Source: Pseudobacteriovorax antillogorgiicola
Lineage (GTDB): Bacteria; Bdellovibrionota_B; Oligoflexia; Oligoflexales; RGVZ01
Reading direction: 5' to 3'
DNA: 64,000 nucleotides
Assembly (NCBI GenBank): GCA_945865565.1
Contig: CAMBEK010000001.1
Span: 329,201 to 393,200, forward strand
The notes beneath the pieces are model-generated. The model was not told where the DNA came from. It was given only the letters and a program-made list of their open reading frames with translations, and made no database searches. This document shows positions 1-9,212 of this stretch, piece by piece. Made by a program: the position numbers and the translations under genes. Every line of letters begins with the position of its first letter. The stretch's first letter is position 1.

Positions 1-289
1 TGCCATGAATGCCGTGTCGCGCCGGAGAAGAACAAGTTGACGTTCCAGCGTGGCTCGAGGCTGTGATGGAGATCACATGCGCTTTGGTTTGCGGATAAAC
101 GTCGCCACCACTCCAAAGCGAGTGAAACCCCATGGGATTGGCTTCGGGGCGACCGACGTAGGACTCGAGTAATTGCGGCTGCAATCCGTCGATTGAGATG
201 AAGTACCCACGCTGGAGCGGAGCAGCTTGAAGCGTGAAGGTTGCAGCAAGAAGATAAATTGCCGGCAAGGTGATGGTGATTGCGCGCAT
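1..289 (-). CDS. Alkaline-phosphatase-superfamily (nucleotide pyrophosphatase/phosphodiesterase-like) secreted protein, N-terminal part, runs off window
   Basis: Manual translation from ATG at 289: signal peptide MRAITITLPAIYLLAATFTLQA, then FISIDGL and ITASSH...SPARHGI motifs. Not in the ORF track because it is truncated. Confidence 0.7.
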   Translation of the reverse strand, partial: MRAITITLPAIYLLAATFTLQAAPLQRGYFISIDGLQPQLLESYVGRPEANPMGFHSLWSGGDVYPQTKAHVISITASSHAGTSTCSSPARHGIHG

Positions 290-327
290 GGATATCCCGT
301 CAAAGAAGGCCCTTGGGATAAAGGGCG

Positions 328-1386
328 TCAAAGTGGAAATGGATCCCGGTATTGTACCTTGAAACCTGCCGCACGCGCAGCGGAAAGGATTCGCTCAAAA
401 TCGTGGGTTATCGTTGCGCCGGCTTTTTGAGTCACTTCGTCCTCGGTTGGGAGGTCGAAGTCATTGGCCCCGAATTTCAGGCCTTCAAGCCCCTTTTCAT
501 TCTGGGTCAGGACCGAGGTTCGGATGTTCTCGAAGTTATCGAGGAAGATCCGGCAGACGGCCAACCATCTCAGGTATTCCCGCGAACTGATTTCCGTGCC
601 GCCAAGTTCGTTGTTCCATGGTTTGTAAGTCCAGCACAGAAAGCTCGGGAGTTTCCGTGGGGCGCTGTCCTGAAAGGTACGCAAGGCTTCAAGGTGATTG
701 AGCCGCTCATCGAGTGATTCATCGAACCCAATGACTTGAGTCGCTGTTGAGCCAAGGCCAGCCCTCAAGATGGCGTTTTGGGCCTTGAAATAATCATCAA
801 CCTTGAACTTTCCGGGGCTATGACGCATGCGAAAGGCATCGTCCAGGATCTCGGCTCCCCCGCCGGTCACCCAGCGGGTGCCTGCGTCCCTGAGCATGGC
901 TGCTCCCTCATCATAGGTAAGTTTGCTCAGTTTGCAGGAGAACATGAATTCAGCGACGGTCATTTCAAAGAACTCCAGATCGCCGCGGTAGCGTTCTCGA
1001 ACCCGCGAAAAAAGCTCCGCATAGTCCTTGAGTTGAAGTTTTGGATGAAAGCCTCCGTTGAAGCTGACGAGGGTGCCGCCAAAAGCCCGCAGGGCATCGA
1101 TCCTTTCGCAAACTTGGTTGAAATTGAGCAGATAGGTCCCGGCTTGGTGAGGCAACCGGTAGAACGAGCAGTAATCGCATTTGGCGACACAGACGTTTGT
1201 ATAATTGACGATGGCCATGATCAGATAGGTTGCAACGTCGCCGGCATGGAACCTTTTTTTTGCCGCAGTGGCGAGTTCTGAAAGGAGCTGGTCGGATGCT
1301 TCGGTGAACAGGAATCTGGCGTCAGAACGGCTGATCCGCTCCTTGTTCCCGACCTTGCTGGCGATGCGATTAAGGTTTTTTTCCAT
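328..1386 (-). CDS. mqnC: Radical SAM CofH/MqnC family, probable cyclic dehypoxanthine futalosine synthase
   Basis: NYTNVCVAKCDYCSFY (CxxxCxxC), GGGAEIL, FGANDF motifs. Confidence 0.7.
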   Translation of the reverse strand: MEKNLNRIASKVGNKERISRSDARFLFTEASDQLLSELATAAKKRFHAGDVATYLIMAIVNYTNVCVAKCDYCSFYRLPHQAGTYLLNFNQVCERIDALRAFGGTLVSFNGGFHPKLQLKDYAELFSRVRERYRGDLEFFEMTVAEFMFSCKLSKLTYDEGAAMLRDAGTRWVTGGGAEILDDAFRMRHSPGKFKVDDYFKAQNAILRAGLGSTATQVIGFDESLDERLNHLEALRTFQDSAPRKLPSFLCWTYKPWNNELGGTEISSREYLRWLAVCRIFLDNFENIRTSVLTQNEKGLEGLKFGANDFDLPTEDEVTQKAGATITHDFERILSAARAAGFKVQYRDPFPL

Positions 1387-1497
1387 GAGTCACCTGTCTG
1401 TTGAGGCCGAATCTAGCCATTTTCCGGGGGAAATGTCGATCCAAAGGGGCTTGCAATTTGTGTCCATTGCCAATAAAGACCCGGCGACGGAGGCACG

Positions 1498-2040
1498 ATG
1501 GATATCTTGCAATGGTTGAAGTTGGATCACGAGGCGATGCTCCGATCGGTTGAAAAACTCGGGGATGGCAATCCCGATGACCGTGTGGTTGCGGCAAAGG
1601 GCCCGATCGGGAAGCTGGTAGCAGAGCTAGCCTTCGATCTCTTGGGGCATTTAAAGGCCGAAGAAGAATACCTTTTACCTGAACTTTCCCAGCGTTTTCC
1701 TGGCTCGGACCTGATTATGGACCTTTGCTCGGCAAATCAGAGTGTGATGCGTAAGCACGTTAAATCGCTGATAAAAGCCTCTTCGGGTCAAGACCAGGAG
1801 GCGATGGAAGGTGCGGTCGCGGGACTACGCAAGGCAGTCCAACAGCACCTTGAGGTTCAGGAAACGCAGCTGATGCCTAAGCTTCGCTTGCATGTCCCAA
1901 CCAGTGAGCGGGAGGACCTTGGGCTCCTGATGCAGGATATGATGGAAGACCTGCGCGGCGAAGGCCTCGATATCGCGGCGGAACTGAAAAATGCCTCTGT
2001 CCGTTCGAAACCCGCGTCCGGCGGCCATGCTCGGGCTTGA
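1498..2040 (+). CDS. Hemerythrin/HHE cation-binding domain protein
   Basis: LKLDH...HLKAEEEYLLP...HLEVQETQLMP pattern; GGAGG RBS upstream. Confidence 0.7.
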   Translation: MDILQWLKLDHEAMLRSVEKLGDGNPDDRVVAAKGPIGKLVAELAFDLLGHLKAEEEYLLPELSQRFPGSDLIMDLCSANQSVMRKHVKSLIKASSGQDQEAMEGAVAGLRKAVQQHLEVQETQLMPKLRLHVPTSEREDLGLLMQDMMEDLRGEGLDIAAELKNASVRSKPASGGHARA

Positions 2041-2123
2041 CGGTCTCCAGTATATTGGGTTAAGAGCGTTTGTTCGAAAGTTAAAGAAAACGTTACAGCA
2101 TCCTCATATAGGTTTCTGAAGCC

Positions 2124-2552
2124 ATGAAAAACAAACTGATTACCCAATTCGAAAAACGCGTATGGACTGGCGTCAAAAAGTTGGCCTCATTCCGCGCAGG
2201 CGATACCGTTCGCGTGCATTATAAAATCCAAGAAGGTGCGGACAAGACCAAGTTCCGGACGCAGCTTTTTGAAGGTGTTGTGATTCGGTTCCGTAACGGC
2301 ACCGCCGACGGAAGCTTCACGGTTCGCAAAATCAGCGCGGGCGGTGTTGGCGTTGAGCGCGTGTTCCCTATTTATAGCCCATACGTCGACAAGGTTGATG
2401 TTTTGGCTTCAGGTATCGTTCGTCGTGCACGCCTTTATTATCTTCGTGACCTTGCTGGCAAAGCTGCTCGCATCAGGACGAAGTACGTGGCCAAGAAGCT
2501 TGACGTTGTTGTTGCTGAGACCGCCAGCGAAGATCAGTCTGCTGAGGCATAG
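2124..2552 (+). CDS. rplS: 50S ribosomal protein L19
   Basis: [39 protein letters not shown]. Confidence 0.97.
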   Translation: MKNKLITQFEKRVWTGVKKLASFRAGDTVRVHYKIQEGADKTKFRTQLFEGVVIRFRNGTADGSFTVRKISAGGVGVERVFPIYSPYVDKVDVLASGIVRRARLYYLRDLAGKAARIRTKYVAKKLDVVVAETASEDQSAEA

Positions 2553-2569
2553 CCTTTGATGTCGATGGT

Positions 2570-2983
2570 TCAGGCGTCAATCGCCGGATACCACGTGATT
2601 TTGAATGGATATTTATCAAGGCCCTCCGGAATTTTTCCGGGGGGCTTTTTTCTTTCTGAAACATCAGAATGTGGCGTGACAATAGCCAGATCAATTCTGG
2701 TTTTAGCTGCGTTGATACCCAAATGCCGGATTGCTGCATTGAGCCCTTTTTTCAAGGCATGAACTTTGAGTCTTGGTAGTAATTCGCTGACAGACGTCAT
2801 GTCGTTGGTGAATCTTGTTCGGAACTTGACTTCGACGGCAACGAGTGAAGATCCCTTGGTAGCAAGGATGTCAATTTCAGTTCCAATCCAACGGTAATTG
2901 CGCGCGACGATTCGCCAGCTTTGAGAAATCAAAATATTGGCAACGTATTCTTCAGCCTGAGAGGCCAGCAATTTTTGCCGCAC
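2570..2983 (-). CDS. yraN: YraN/UPF0102 family putative endonuclease (start uncertain)
   Basis: AEE...IVARNYR..EIDI...LVAVEVK.R and RID motifs; follows rnhB. Confidence 0.8.
   Translation of the reverse strand: MRQKLLASQAEEYVANILISQSWRIVARNYRWIGTEIDILATKGSSLVAVEVKFRTRFTNDMTSVSELLPRLKVHALKKGLNAAIRHLGINAAKTRIDLAIVTPHSDVSERKKPPGKIPEGLDKYPFKITWYPAIDA
2621..2651 (+). terminator. Intrinsic terminator after rplS, lying inside the convergent yraN CDS
   Basis: GCCCTCCGGA-ATTTT-TCCGGGGGGC followed by TTTTTT. Confidence 0.7.
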
Positions 2984-3617
2984 AGATCGATTTAACTGGC
3001 TCGAATGTCCGCCGGTGCCAATCGCTGACGCCGTGGATTTTGAGATTTTCGATGTGCTCTCTTGTGCCATAACCAACATGCTTTCCAAAACCGTATGCAG
3101 GAAGGCTATTTCCCAGCTCGTGCATGAACTTGTCGCGGACCTCTTTTGCTATAATTGAGGCTGCAGCAATCGCAAAACACCAGTGGTCGCCCTTCACCAC
3201 AGTTTGTTGCGCAATTTTTCGACCGGCGAGAACAGGCTCTGGAATGGCCTGATTGCCATCCACCATCACAAGATCAAAATGAGCGTCGATGGCATTGAGC
3301 GCCCTGCGCATGGCAATGAATGTCGCGCCAAGAATTCCGTGAGTCTCGATCTCCTGAACGCTTGCACTTCCAGAGGCCCAGCCGCACGCTACGCTTTCAA
3401 TGATCGGCACAACCAATCCACGCTGACGCGCACTCAGTGTTTTGGAATCACGAATAAGCTGCAAAGATTTGTCGGGAAGTGCGAACAGTTTGCCGTAGTC
3501 GAGAACAACGGCAGATGTGACCACAGGACCCGCAATGCATCCGCGACCAACCTCATCAATTCCAACAGGGAATTGTCCCCGTGCCAAAGCGGCCCGTTCG
3601 AGGTCTCCGCGTTCCAT
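2952..3617 (-). CDS. rnhB: Ribonuclease HII
   Basis: GIDEVGRGCIAGPV, DSK, VDG, VKGD..IAAASIIAK, HVGYGT, HRRTF. Confidence 0.95.
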   Translation of the reverse strand: MERGDLERAALARGQFPVGIDEVGRGCIAGPVVTSAVVLDYGKLFALPDKSLQLIRDSKTLSARQRGLVVPIIESVACGWASGSASVQEIETHGILGATFIAMRRALNAIDAHFDLVMVDGNQAIPEPVLAGRKIAQQTVVKGDHWCFAIAAASIIAKEVRDKFMHELGNSLPAYGFGKHVGYGTREHIENLKIHGVSDWHRRTFEPVKSICAAKIAGLSG

Positions 3618-3649
3618 GCAAGTCCTGTAGCTTTAAAAGTGGCAGGGGA

Positions 3650-3976
3650 TCAAAGGACTTTCTTGATCATGTCGATGAGTTTTCCCTTTGGAACTGCACC
3701 AACAACCGAGTCAACCATTTGACCATTCTTGAATAAAGCCATGAATGGAATCGAACGGACACCAAAGGTCGCAGGCACATGAGCATTTTCATCGACATTC
3801 ATTTTCGCGATGGTGACCTTGCCTTTATATTCCTCGGCAATTGCATCGAGAACCGGCGCGATGGCTACGCACGGGCCACACCATGGGGCCCAGAAGTCCA
3901 CAAGCACGGGTTGCGTCGACTTTATTACTGAATTTTCAAAACTGTCGTCATTGATATCGATGGTGTGCTGTCCCAT
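3650..3976 (-). CDS. trxA: Thioredoxin
   Basis: VDFWAPWCGPC active site, VRSIP. Confidence 0.95.
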   Translation of the reverse strand: MGQHTIDINDDSFENSVIKSTQPVLVDFWAPWCGPCVAIAPVLDAIAEEYKGKVTIAKMNVDENAHVPATFGVRSIPFMALFKNGQMVDSVVGAVPKGKLIDMIKKVL

Positions 3977-4035
3977 GGCATGGACTCCCGAAAAAAATAC
4001 GGTTTCACCAGCAACTACTGGCATGTTTCCGGATC

Positions 4036-5049
4036 GTGACTCGGGGGCTTTCCTTTGTCAATCAGGTTGACCGGTATCCTCTTTTTTTTGTATCTCCCTG
4101 CCCGGCGGTTCTCCGGCATCCTGAAAAGGCTGCCAATATGTTTTTTTCCCAGGGCGTTGCACCTCTTTGGCCTTCCTTGGACTCATCCGCGGTCCTTCCG
4201 GTGGAGGTAGCGACCCTTTTTGACTCCACCGATCAGCTGCTGCGAACTGTGGCGGCATCATTTTTACGGACATGCTTAGCTCCCCCGGGCCAAGGCGAAA
4301 GACTTCTGATTTATTCAGTGCCTGGTGGAGGAGCCGCGGAGGTCTCTCGATATTTGGCGACCGTAGCTTGCCGCACCCGTCGCTGCCGGCTGTTGTCCGA
4401 AAATAGTGCTCAACCCCACAACATCAAAAACGCCGTTTACTATGGGCAATATGAGGGAGGGGGCTCAAATGAGCTCCCTTTGCGCGGGGGCCTGACCCTG
4501 CTCTTTTCCACAGCATTAGAAGCACCGCTCTTAGCCGCCAGGTCTGGTTTTGTAGTGTTACAAATTCCCCCGCTGGCATCTCGCCCAAAGGACGCGCTCA
4601 AGGCCGCTCTTTTTTTGACCAGATCAATGTTTCCCGCCGGCTCTTTTTTTACGGACGATGCCTGCGAATTGATTCGCGACTACTGCTGGCCGGGGGATTT
4701 GGCCCATATGCGCGTGACTTTGGGGTTAGTCGGCCAAAGGGCTTTTGTCACCAATACCGAAGCCATTGACGCCGAAACAATTCGCTTTGTGTTGAAACGC
4801 AAGGAACTCAATCTCGCAGAGCTCTGCCGCAGAGAAAAGACGGGCTGGGGAATTGCCCTTACTGGCCAAGACCTGCTTCACTTGGCCACATTTACAGGCT
4901 TTGCCAGAGTTCGCAAGGCACTTGAATTGCTGTTGATTGAAGGTGCCATGACTTCATTTGGAGGCAACACTGCTGATGCGGCCAAGTTTCTCGGCCTCCC
5001 CTACACGACCCTGGTTAGCCGCCAGAAAGCACTGAGGACGGAACATTGA
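4036..5049 (+). CDS. Degenerate sigma54-activator-like (bEBP) protein with C-terminal Fis-type HTH
   Basis: IPPLASRPKD, YCWPGD and GGNTADAAKFLGL..TTL retained; no intact Walker A, GAFTGA or Walker B. Confidence 0.6.
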   Translation: MTRGLSFVNQVDRYPLFFVSPCPAVLRHPEKAANMFFSQGVAPLWPSLDSSAVLPVEVATLFDSTDQLLRTVAASFLRTCLAPPGQGERLLIYSVPGGGAAEVSRYLATVACRTRRCRLLSENSAQPHNIKNAVYYGQYEGGGSNELPLRGGLTLLFSTALEAPLLAARSGFVVLQIPPLASRPKDALKAALFLTRSMFPAGSFFTDDACELIRDYCWPGDLAHMRVTLGLVGQRAFVTNTEAIDAETIRFVLKRKELNLAELCRREKTGWGIALTGQDLLHLATFTGFARVRKALELLLIEGAMTSFGGNTADAAKFLGLPYTTLVSRQKALRTEH

Positions 5050-5084
5050 TGGCTCGTCTAAATCTAAATGAATCCGATGGCCCG

Positions 5085-5615
5085 CTATTCGTTGATGGCT
5101 CTGGAACTTTTTACACTATCCGAAGTCGAAGCCGGCTGCTTCCGATTCTCCTTGCTCAGCTGCTCGGAAAGCTCGTTGAGGTCTTCAGCCATGTCAGTAA
5201 AGGCATCAGTGTCACGCACCGTAATTTTCTGACCATATTGTCCGTTGATCATGGCCCGGATTTGCCGCCTCATTGCCACCGTTGGACCAACAAGCCGGTG
5301 GGTAGTCACCAGAGAAACGGCGATGGAAACGAATACTTGGCTCACAAGTAACGTCAGGGCGGAGATCCGGATCCACTCGAACATTTGATAGGCATTGGTG
5401 ATGGTCTCGTCGTCGAGATGACCTATGTCAGCAAAGGCGTTGGAGATGCTACGCAGGGAATAATAGAACACCAAAGCGATTGCGAAACCGAAGATGGCAG
5501 AAGCGAAAGCCGACCATGCCGCAATCCTCAGTTGGATAACCGGCTGGAGCAGCAAATTTTTAAATCGATGCTTTTGTTTGGGGTCTTTTGAATTTGAATA
5601 GGTGGCTTTGGTCAT
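5085..5615 (-). CDS. Small two-TM membrane protein with HAMP-like C-terminus
   Basis: Two hydrophobic helices, then THRLVGP...VRDTDAFTDMAEDLNEL. Confidence 0.6.
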   Translation of the reverse strand: MTKATYSNSKDPKQKHRFKNLLLQPVIQLRIAAWSAFASAIFGFAIALVFYYSLRSISNAFADIGHLDDETITNAYQMFEWIRISALTLLVSQVFVSIAVSLVTTHRLVGPTVAMRRQIRAMINGQYGQKITVRDTDAFTDMAEDLNELSEQLSKENRKQPASTSDSVKSSRAINE

Positions 5616-5750
5616 TTTTTGCTCCTTTAAATTATGGGTCGGCAGCCCTATTAAAAGGTTAAACGAACGTGTGCAAGTAGCTGTTTTATTTAATTAAATA
5701 GTCGTGATATCGCGCGTGTTCCCAAGCGCCCTGGCTGGCGTCTAGTGGGG

Positions 5751-6836
5751 TCATTTTTTTTCTATGGGAATCAATTCTGTGTGGAGGCCGCGGTGAGCGA
5801 CCCCAGCGGCAAGAACGGTTCCCCCCGCCCCCTCAAGGGCCTTTCGGACACGATCCAGTGATCCAGATGGAGCCAGCACGGCCAACACACCACCACCCCC
5901 GGCTCCGCATACGCGTGCTGCTTTCGCCCCTGCAGCGATTGCGGCATCAGCCTGGCGCTTGGTTTCGTCCGTGTGGATATTGGGCCAAAGTTCGCAACGC
6001 AGTTTCCATTCCCTTGCGGAGGCAGCGACCATGCCATCGTAATCGCCTTGGCGGACAGCGTCTGCGCATTGCCGTGCAACAGAACCAATCGCAGATAGCT
6101 TTTTGATAAGCTCGCGGTCGCCGTCGAAAACCCGCTTGAAGATTTCCCAATTATTGATCGCCGACTGCCTGCTTTTTCCAGAGAAACAAAGAATCAGCTC
6201 ATCTTCCAGCCGTCGACTCACGGCTCCTGCAGGGGATTTATCAGCCCGGCCGTGGGTTTCGACGGTGACGCCCCCGGCCGGAAATTCGATGATGTTCAAT
6301 CCTCCGCGCACCGCCCCCCAATAGTCTTGGATCCCTGTTGGGGCGTGAATCAATTTGGCTTCAATATCTGAGGCTGTCTGAACCAGTCGCTGCTCGTCGA
6401 GTTTTTCTTGGTTCTTTGTGAGGATGGCTTTGGTGTTCATCAGTGCCCCCCCAAGGGTCACGGCAAGGCATGATGACCCCCCGAGCCCAGCTCCGGCCGG
6501 AGATTTGGCTTCCGTTCGGATGTGCAGGGGGGGCAGTTTTTTAGACCACCAGACCTGCAGAAACAATCCGAGTAGAGGCAGCTTTGTCGTGGCAACGCAT
6601 TCCTCAAAGGTGCCTCGCATTTCGATTTTTTGATCGACACTGTGCAGGGTGAAAAGGCCGTCTTCAGAAGGCGTGATGTCCACTTGGGCTGGCAAGGTAA
6701 CGGCGCAGTTGACGGTCGCCTTCTCGTCGAGAAGTTGATGGATTGGCCAAAGGTCAATCGTTCCGCCGGCAAGGTCAATGCGGGTAGGGGCTGAGGCCCG
6801 GATGTGAAACGGCTGATCGAATTGGAATATTGGCAT
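5751..6836 (-). CDS. GHMP-family sugar kinase (HddA-like)
   Basis: APTRIDLAGGTID, PAGAGLGGSS, GIQD, GAGGGG motifs. Confidence 0.8.
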   Translation of the reverse strand: MPIFQFDQPFHIRASAPTRIDLAGGTIDLWPIHQLLDEKATVNCAVTLPAQVDITPSEDGLFTLHSVDQKIEMRGTFEECVATTKLPLLGLFLQVWWSKKLPPLHIRTEAKSPAGAGLGGSSCLAVTLGGALMNTKAILTKNQEKLDEQRLVQTASDIEAKLIHAPTGIQDYWGAVRGGLNIIEFPAGGVTVETHGRADKSPAGAVSRRLEDELILCFSGKSRQSAINNWEIFKRVFDGDRELIKKLSAIGSVARQCADAVRQGDYDGMVAASAREWKLRCELWPNIHTDETKRQADAAIAAGAKAARVCGAGGGGVLAVLAPSGSLDRVRKALEGAGGTVLAAGVAHRGLHTELIPIEKK

Positions 6837-6904
6837 CTGAATTTTCCACGGGGTTGTCAGGTTTATGGGATAGAATAAACCCGCATTACCCAAGAAGGAA
6901 GACC

Positions 6905-7411
6905 ATGCGTACGAGAAGATCAAGAGCCTGCGTTCTGAATTTGGAGCCGAAGTTCGTTAACCTACCCAAACTCAAGCTTGAAATTGAGCTCAGGGCCATG
7001 GTTGACATCGAACTGGTGGAGATCAAAGGCCTTGATGACAGTGCCTTTCTGCCGTGTGACCTCTTGATCGTTGAAGCCCAAGGCGTTTCGATGGGCGACT
7101 TTCAATTGTGGATCAAAGCCTTTCAGGCGCGCCTGGTCACCCAAGCTGATATTTGGGTGCCTTCTTTGATCGTCGCCGAGTTGCCGGTTAATGAGGCGCG
7201 CTTGCTCATGGAACACGCTATCAAATCAAACTGGTATTTTGACGTGGTTCGCCCAGAACATCTGGACTCATTGCCTGTTCGAGTGGCTAATTTGCTCCGT
7301 ATTCACGACCACTTGCATGAACTAAGGCGCTATTCTGAAACGCTGGACCGGTTGCAGGATCGGGTCAACATGCTCGAGCATGAAGTCAATGCCTTGCGCG
7401 CCGGTGGATGA
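6905..7411 (+). CDS. Hypothetical protein, possible degenerate receiver-like fold plus coiled coil
   Basis: RBS-like AAGGAAG before ATG 6905; CDLLIV strand; heptad C-terminus. Confidence 0.45.
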   Translation: MRTRRSRACVLNLEPKFVNLPKLKLEIELRAMVDIELVEIKGLDDSAFLPCDLLIVEAQGVSMGDFQLWIKAFQARLVTQADIWVPSLIVAELPVNEARLLMEHAIKSNWYFDVVRPEHLDSLPVRVANLLRIHDHLHELRRYSETLDRLQDRVNMLEHEVNALRAGG

Positions 7412-7473
7412 TCGCGGTACATGTCTGGCTTCTACATGACCGCAAAAGATTTTAAAGACGTCAGGATCACGCC

Positions 7474-7734
7474 ATGAGTTTCATGGATCTCGGCAACGCC
7501 AAGCCACAAGAACTCATCAGCCAGTACCTGCTGGAGCTGAAGGGACAAGGCACAATGCTGTGCTATTCGGATCATGAAGTTGTCGAGGCTTGGATTGCAG
7601 TAGCTCCGAGTGTCGACGATTTGTTGGTCGTCCTGTCCGAACTTGCGCCGTCCTATCTTTCGAAAGATCCGAAGCCGAGGTCCCTTGGCGGACTTAAGAA
7701 CCGTGTTCTGAATCGTCTGGCTCAGATGCGCTAG
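7474..7734 (+). CDS. Hypothetical protein
   Basis: 86-aa ORF with AGGA upstream and natural composition. Confidence 0.45.
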   Translation: MSFMDLGNAKPQELISQYLLELKGQGTMLCYSDHEVVEAWIAVAPSVDDLLVVLSELAPSYLSKDPKPRSLGGLKNRVLNRLAQMR

Positions 7735-7933
7735 GACGTTCTTCCAACTCCTGCTGGGGATCAACCGGAGGTCCCGGGATGCGGTAATTGTCGGTAGCCC
7801 AGTTGGCCGTATCGAAGCTGCGGCAACGTTCGCTGCAAAATGGGCGGAATGGGTTTGTGTCGTCAAACCGACAAGTCGTTTTGCACTTGGGGCAAGGCCA
7901 TATCCTGGTTTTTGTTGGGCGCTTTTCAGTCAT
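7694..7933 (-). CDS. yacG: DNA gyrase inhibitor YacG (zinc-binding)
   Basis: CPKC...NPFRPFCSERCRSFD..NWA...YRIP. Confidence 0.9.
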   Translation of the reverse strand: MTEKRPTKTRIWPCPKCKTTCRFDDTNPFRPFCSERCRSFDTANWATDNYRIPGPPVDPQQELEERPSASEPDDSEHGS

Positions 7934-7943
7934 GCCAGTTCTT

Positions 7944-9173
7944 TTACTCCTGATCGGGGAGCGATCGCAAGCGCTCCGGCCAAAGGCGTCGCGGCAACTC
8001 ATCACAGCGACCAGTCATCAGCAGCTTGGCCAGGCAGAATCCCGAATAAAATCCGAGGGTCAGTCCCTGACCCATGAATCCTGTCGCGACCAGAATGCGT
8101 CCTTCTCCATACATTGGTCCAACAACCGGAAGTTCATCGCAAGGATGGCAGTCCAAGCCAGAGGCTTCCAGGATTGGCTCGCAATCCGCCCGCCAATTAG
8201 GGAAAGATTTTTTAGTTTGCTCAACAATGTACTTTGAAATTTTGGCCTCAACCTTGGACTCGGTGGCTTCAAAGCCAGCCCACTTTCTTAGAATTCGTCC
8301 GCCGCCAAGCAGTATTGTGCCGTTTGGTTGTGTGGCTCCCCATTCGTGATTGTGAAATGCAGACCAGGCAATCCCTGGGGTGTTCCAAGGACTTTGCGGA
8401 TCGATTGAATCCAGCGGTCCAGATGTGCTCAGCCACTGATCTGCAGATGACACCAAGGCCGACTTGAGAGAGGGAATCAGGTCACCAATGGCAAGGTGGC
8501 AGGCAGCTATCAGGGAGGAAGTTTTTATGGTTTGAAGTTTTTTGTCCCCGGATTGGGATTCGGGTCCCCTGATCGTCACGCTCAAATCAGGGTCGGCGTA
8601 GCCTGAAATATTTTCCACCGTGCCGTCAATGAATTGGACTGCTGGATTTGTCTCAGCCGCGAGGCGCAATTTACGGCACATGGTGTGTGTATCGATCCAG
8701 CCACCGCGTTCACCATCGTCTTGCACGGCCAGAATCCGCGGACCGAGGGCTCGTGCCCACGGGGATGCTGTAAGTTTCTTGTCGCTCAAGATTTGAGATG
8801 TGAAGCCAGCTGCATTCATCTCACGAACTGCGATGGTGGCTTCAGTCAGTTCCTCGGGTGTGGCAATCAGGCGCAGGCGCCTGCAGTTGGAGAAGGGAAC
8901 TCCTTGATTTCTTGCCCAGTTTGCCGTCAGGTCAAAGGCGCGGTCGCCGAATAGCCAGATTGTTTTTGCAAAATCGGTCTGATGCGCCGCGGCGACACGA
9001 GTGAAGTTGTCTCTTTGGCCACCGCTGAGCATGCCGGGAGCCGTCATGCTGGTTGGAATTGAGGAGCCCGTAACGATCAAAATTTTCTTAACGCCGGCTT
9101 CCGCAAGGTGCAATGCTGCAGAAAGGCCAGTTACGCCCGCGCCGGCAATGACGACTGGAATTTGATTTGACAT
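7944..9173 (-). CDS. FAD-dependent oxidoreductase, DAO/glycine oxidase family
   Basis: IAGAGVTGLSAALHL; DELPVVG...ATGFMGQGLTLG; GAGGAG RBS before ATG 9173. Confidence 0.85.
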   Translation of the reverse strand: MSNQIPVVIAGAGVTGLSAALHLAEAGVKKILIVTGSSIPTSMTAPGMLSGGQRDNFTRVAAAHQTDFAKTIWLFGDRAFDLTANWARNQGVPFSNCRRLRLIATPEELTEATIAVREMNAAGFTSQILSDKKLTASPWARALGPRILAVQDDGERGGWIDTHTMCRKLRLAAETNPAVQFIDGTVENISGYADPDLSVTIRGPESQSGDKKLQTIKTSSLIAACHLAIGDLIPSLKSALVSSADQWLSTSGPLDSIDPQSPWNTPGIAWSAFHNHEWGATQPNGTILLGGGRILRKWAGFEATESKVEAKISKYIVEQTKKSFPNWRADCEPILEASGLDCHPCDELPVVGPMYGEGRILVATGFMGQGLTLGFYSGFCLAKLLMTGRCDELPRRLWPERLRSLPDQE

Positions 9174-9212
9174 TGCCTCTCCTCGATCAATCTGAGTTAA
9201 TAATGCCATCCT

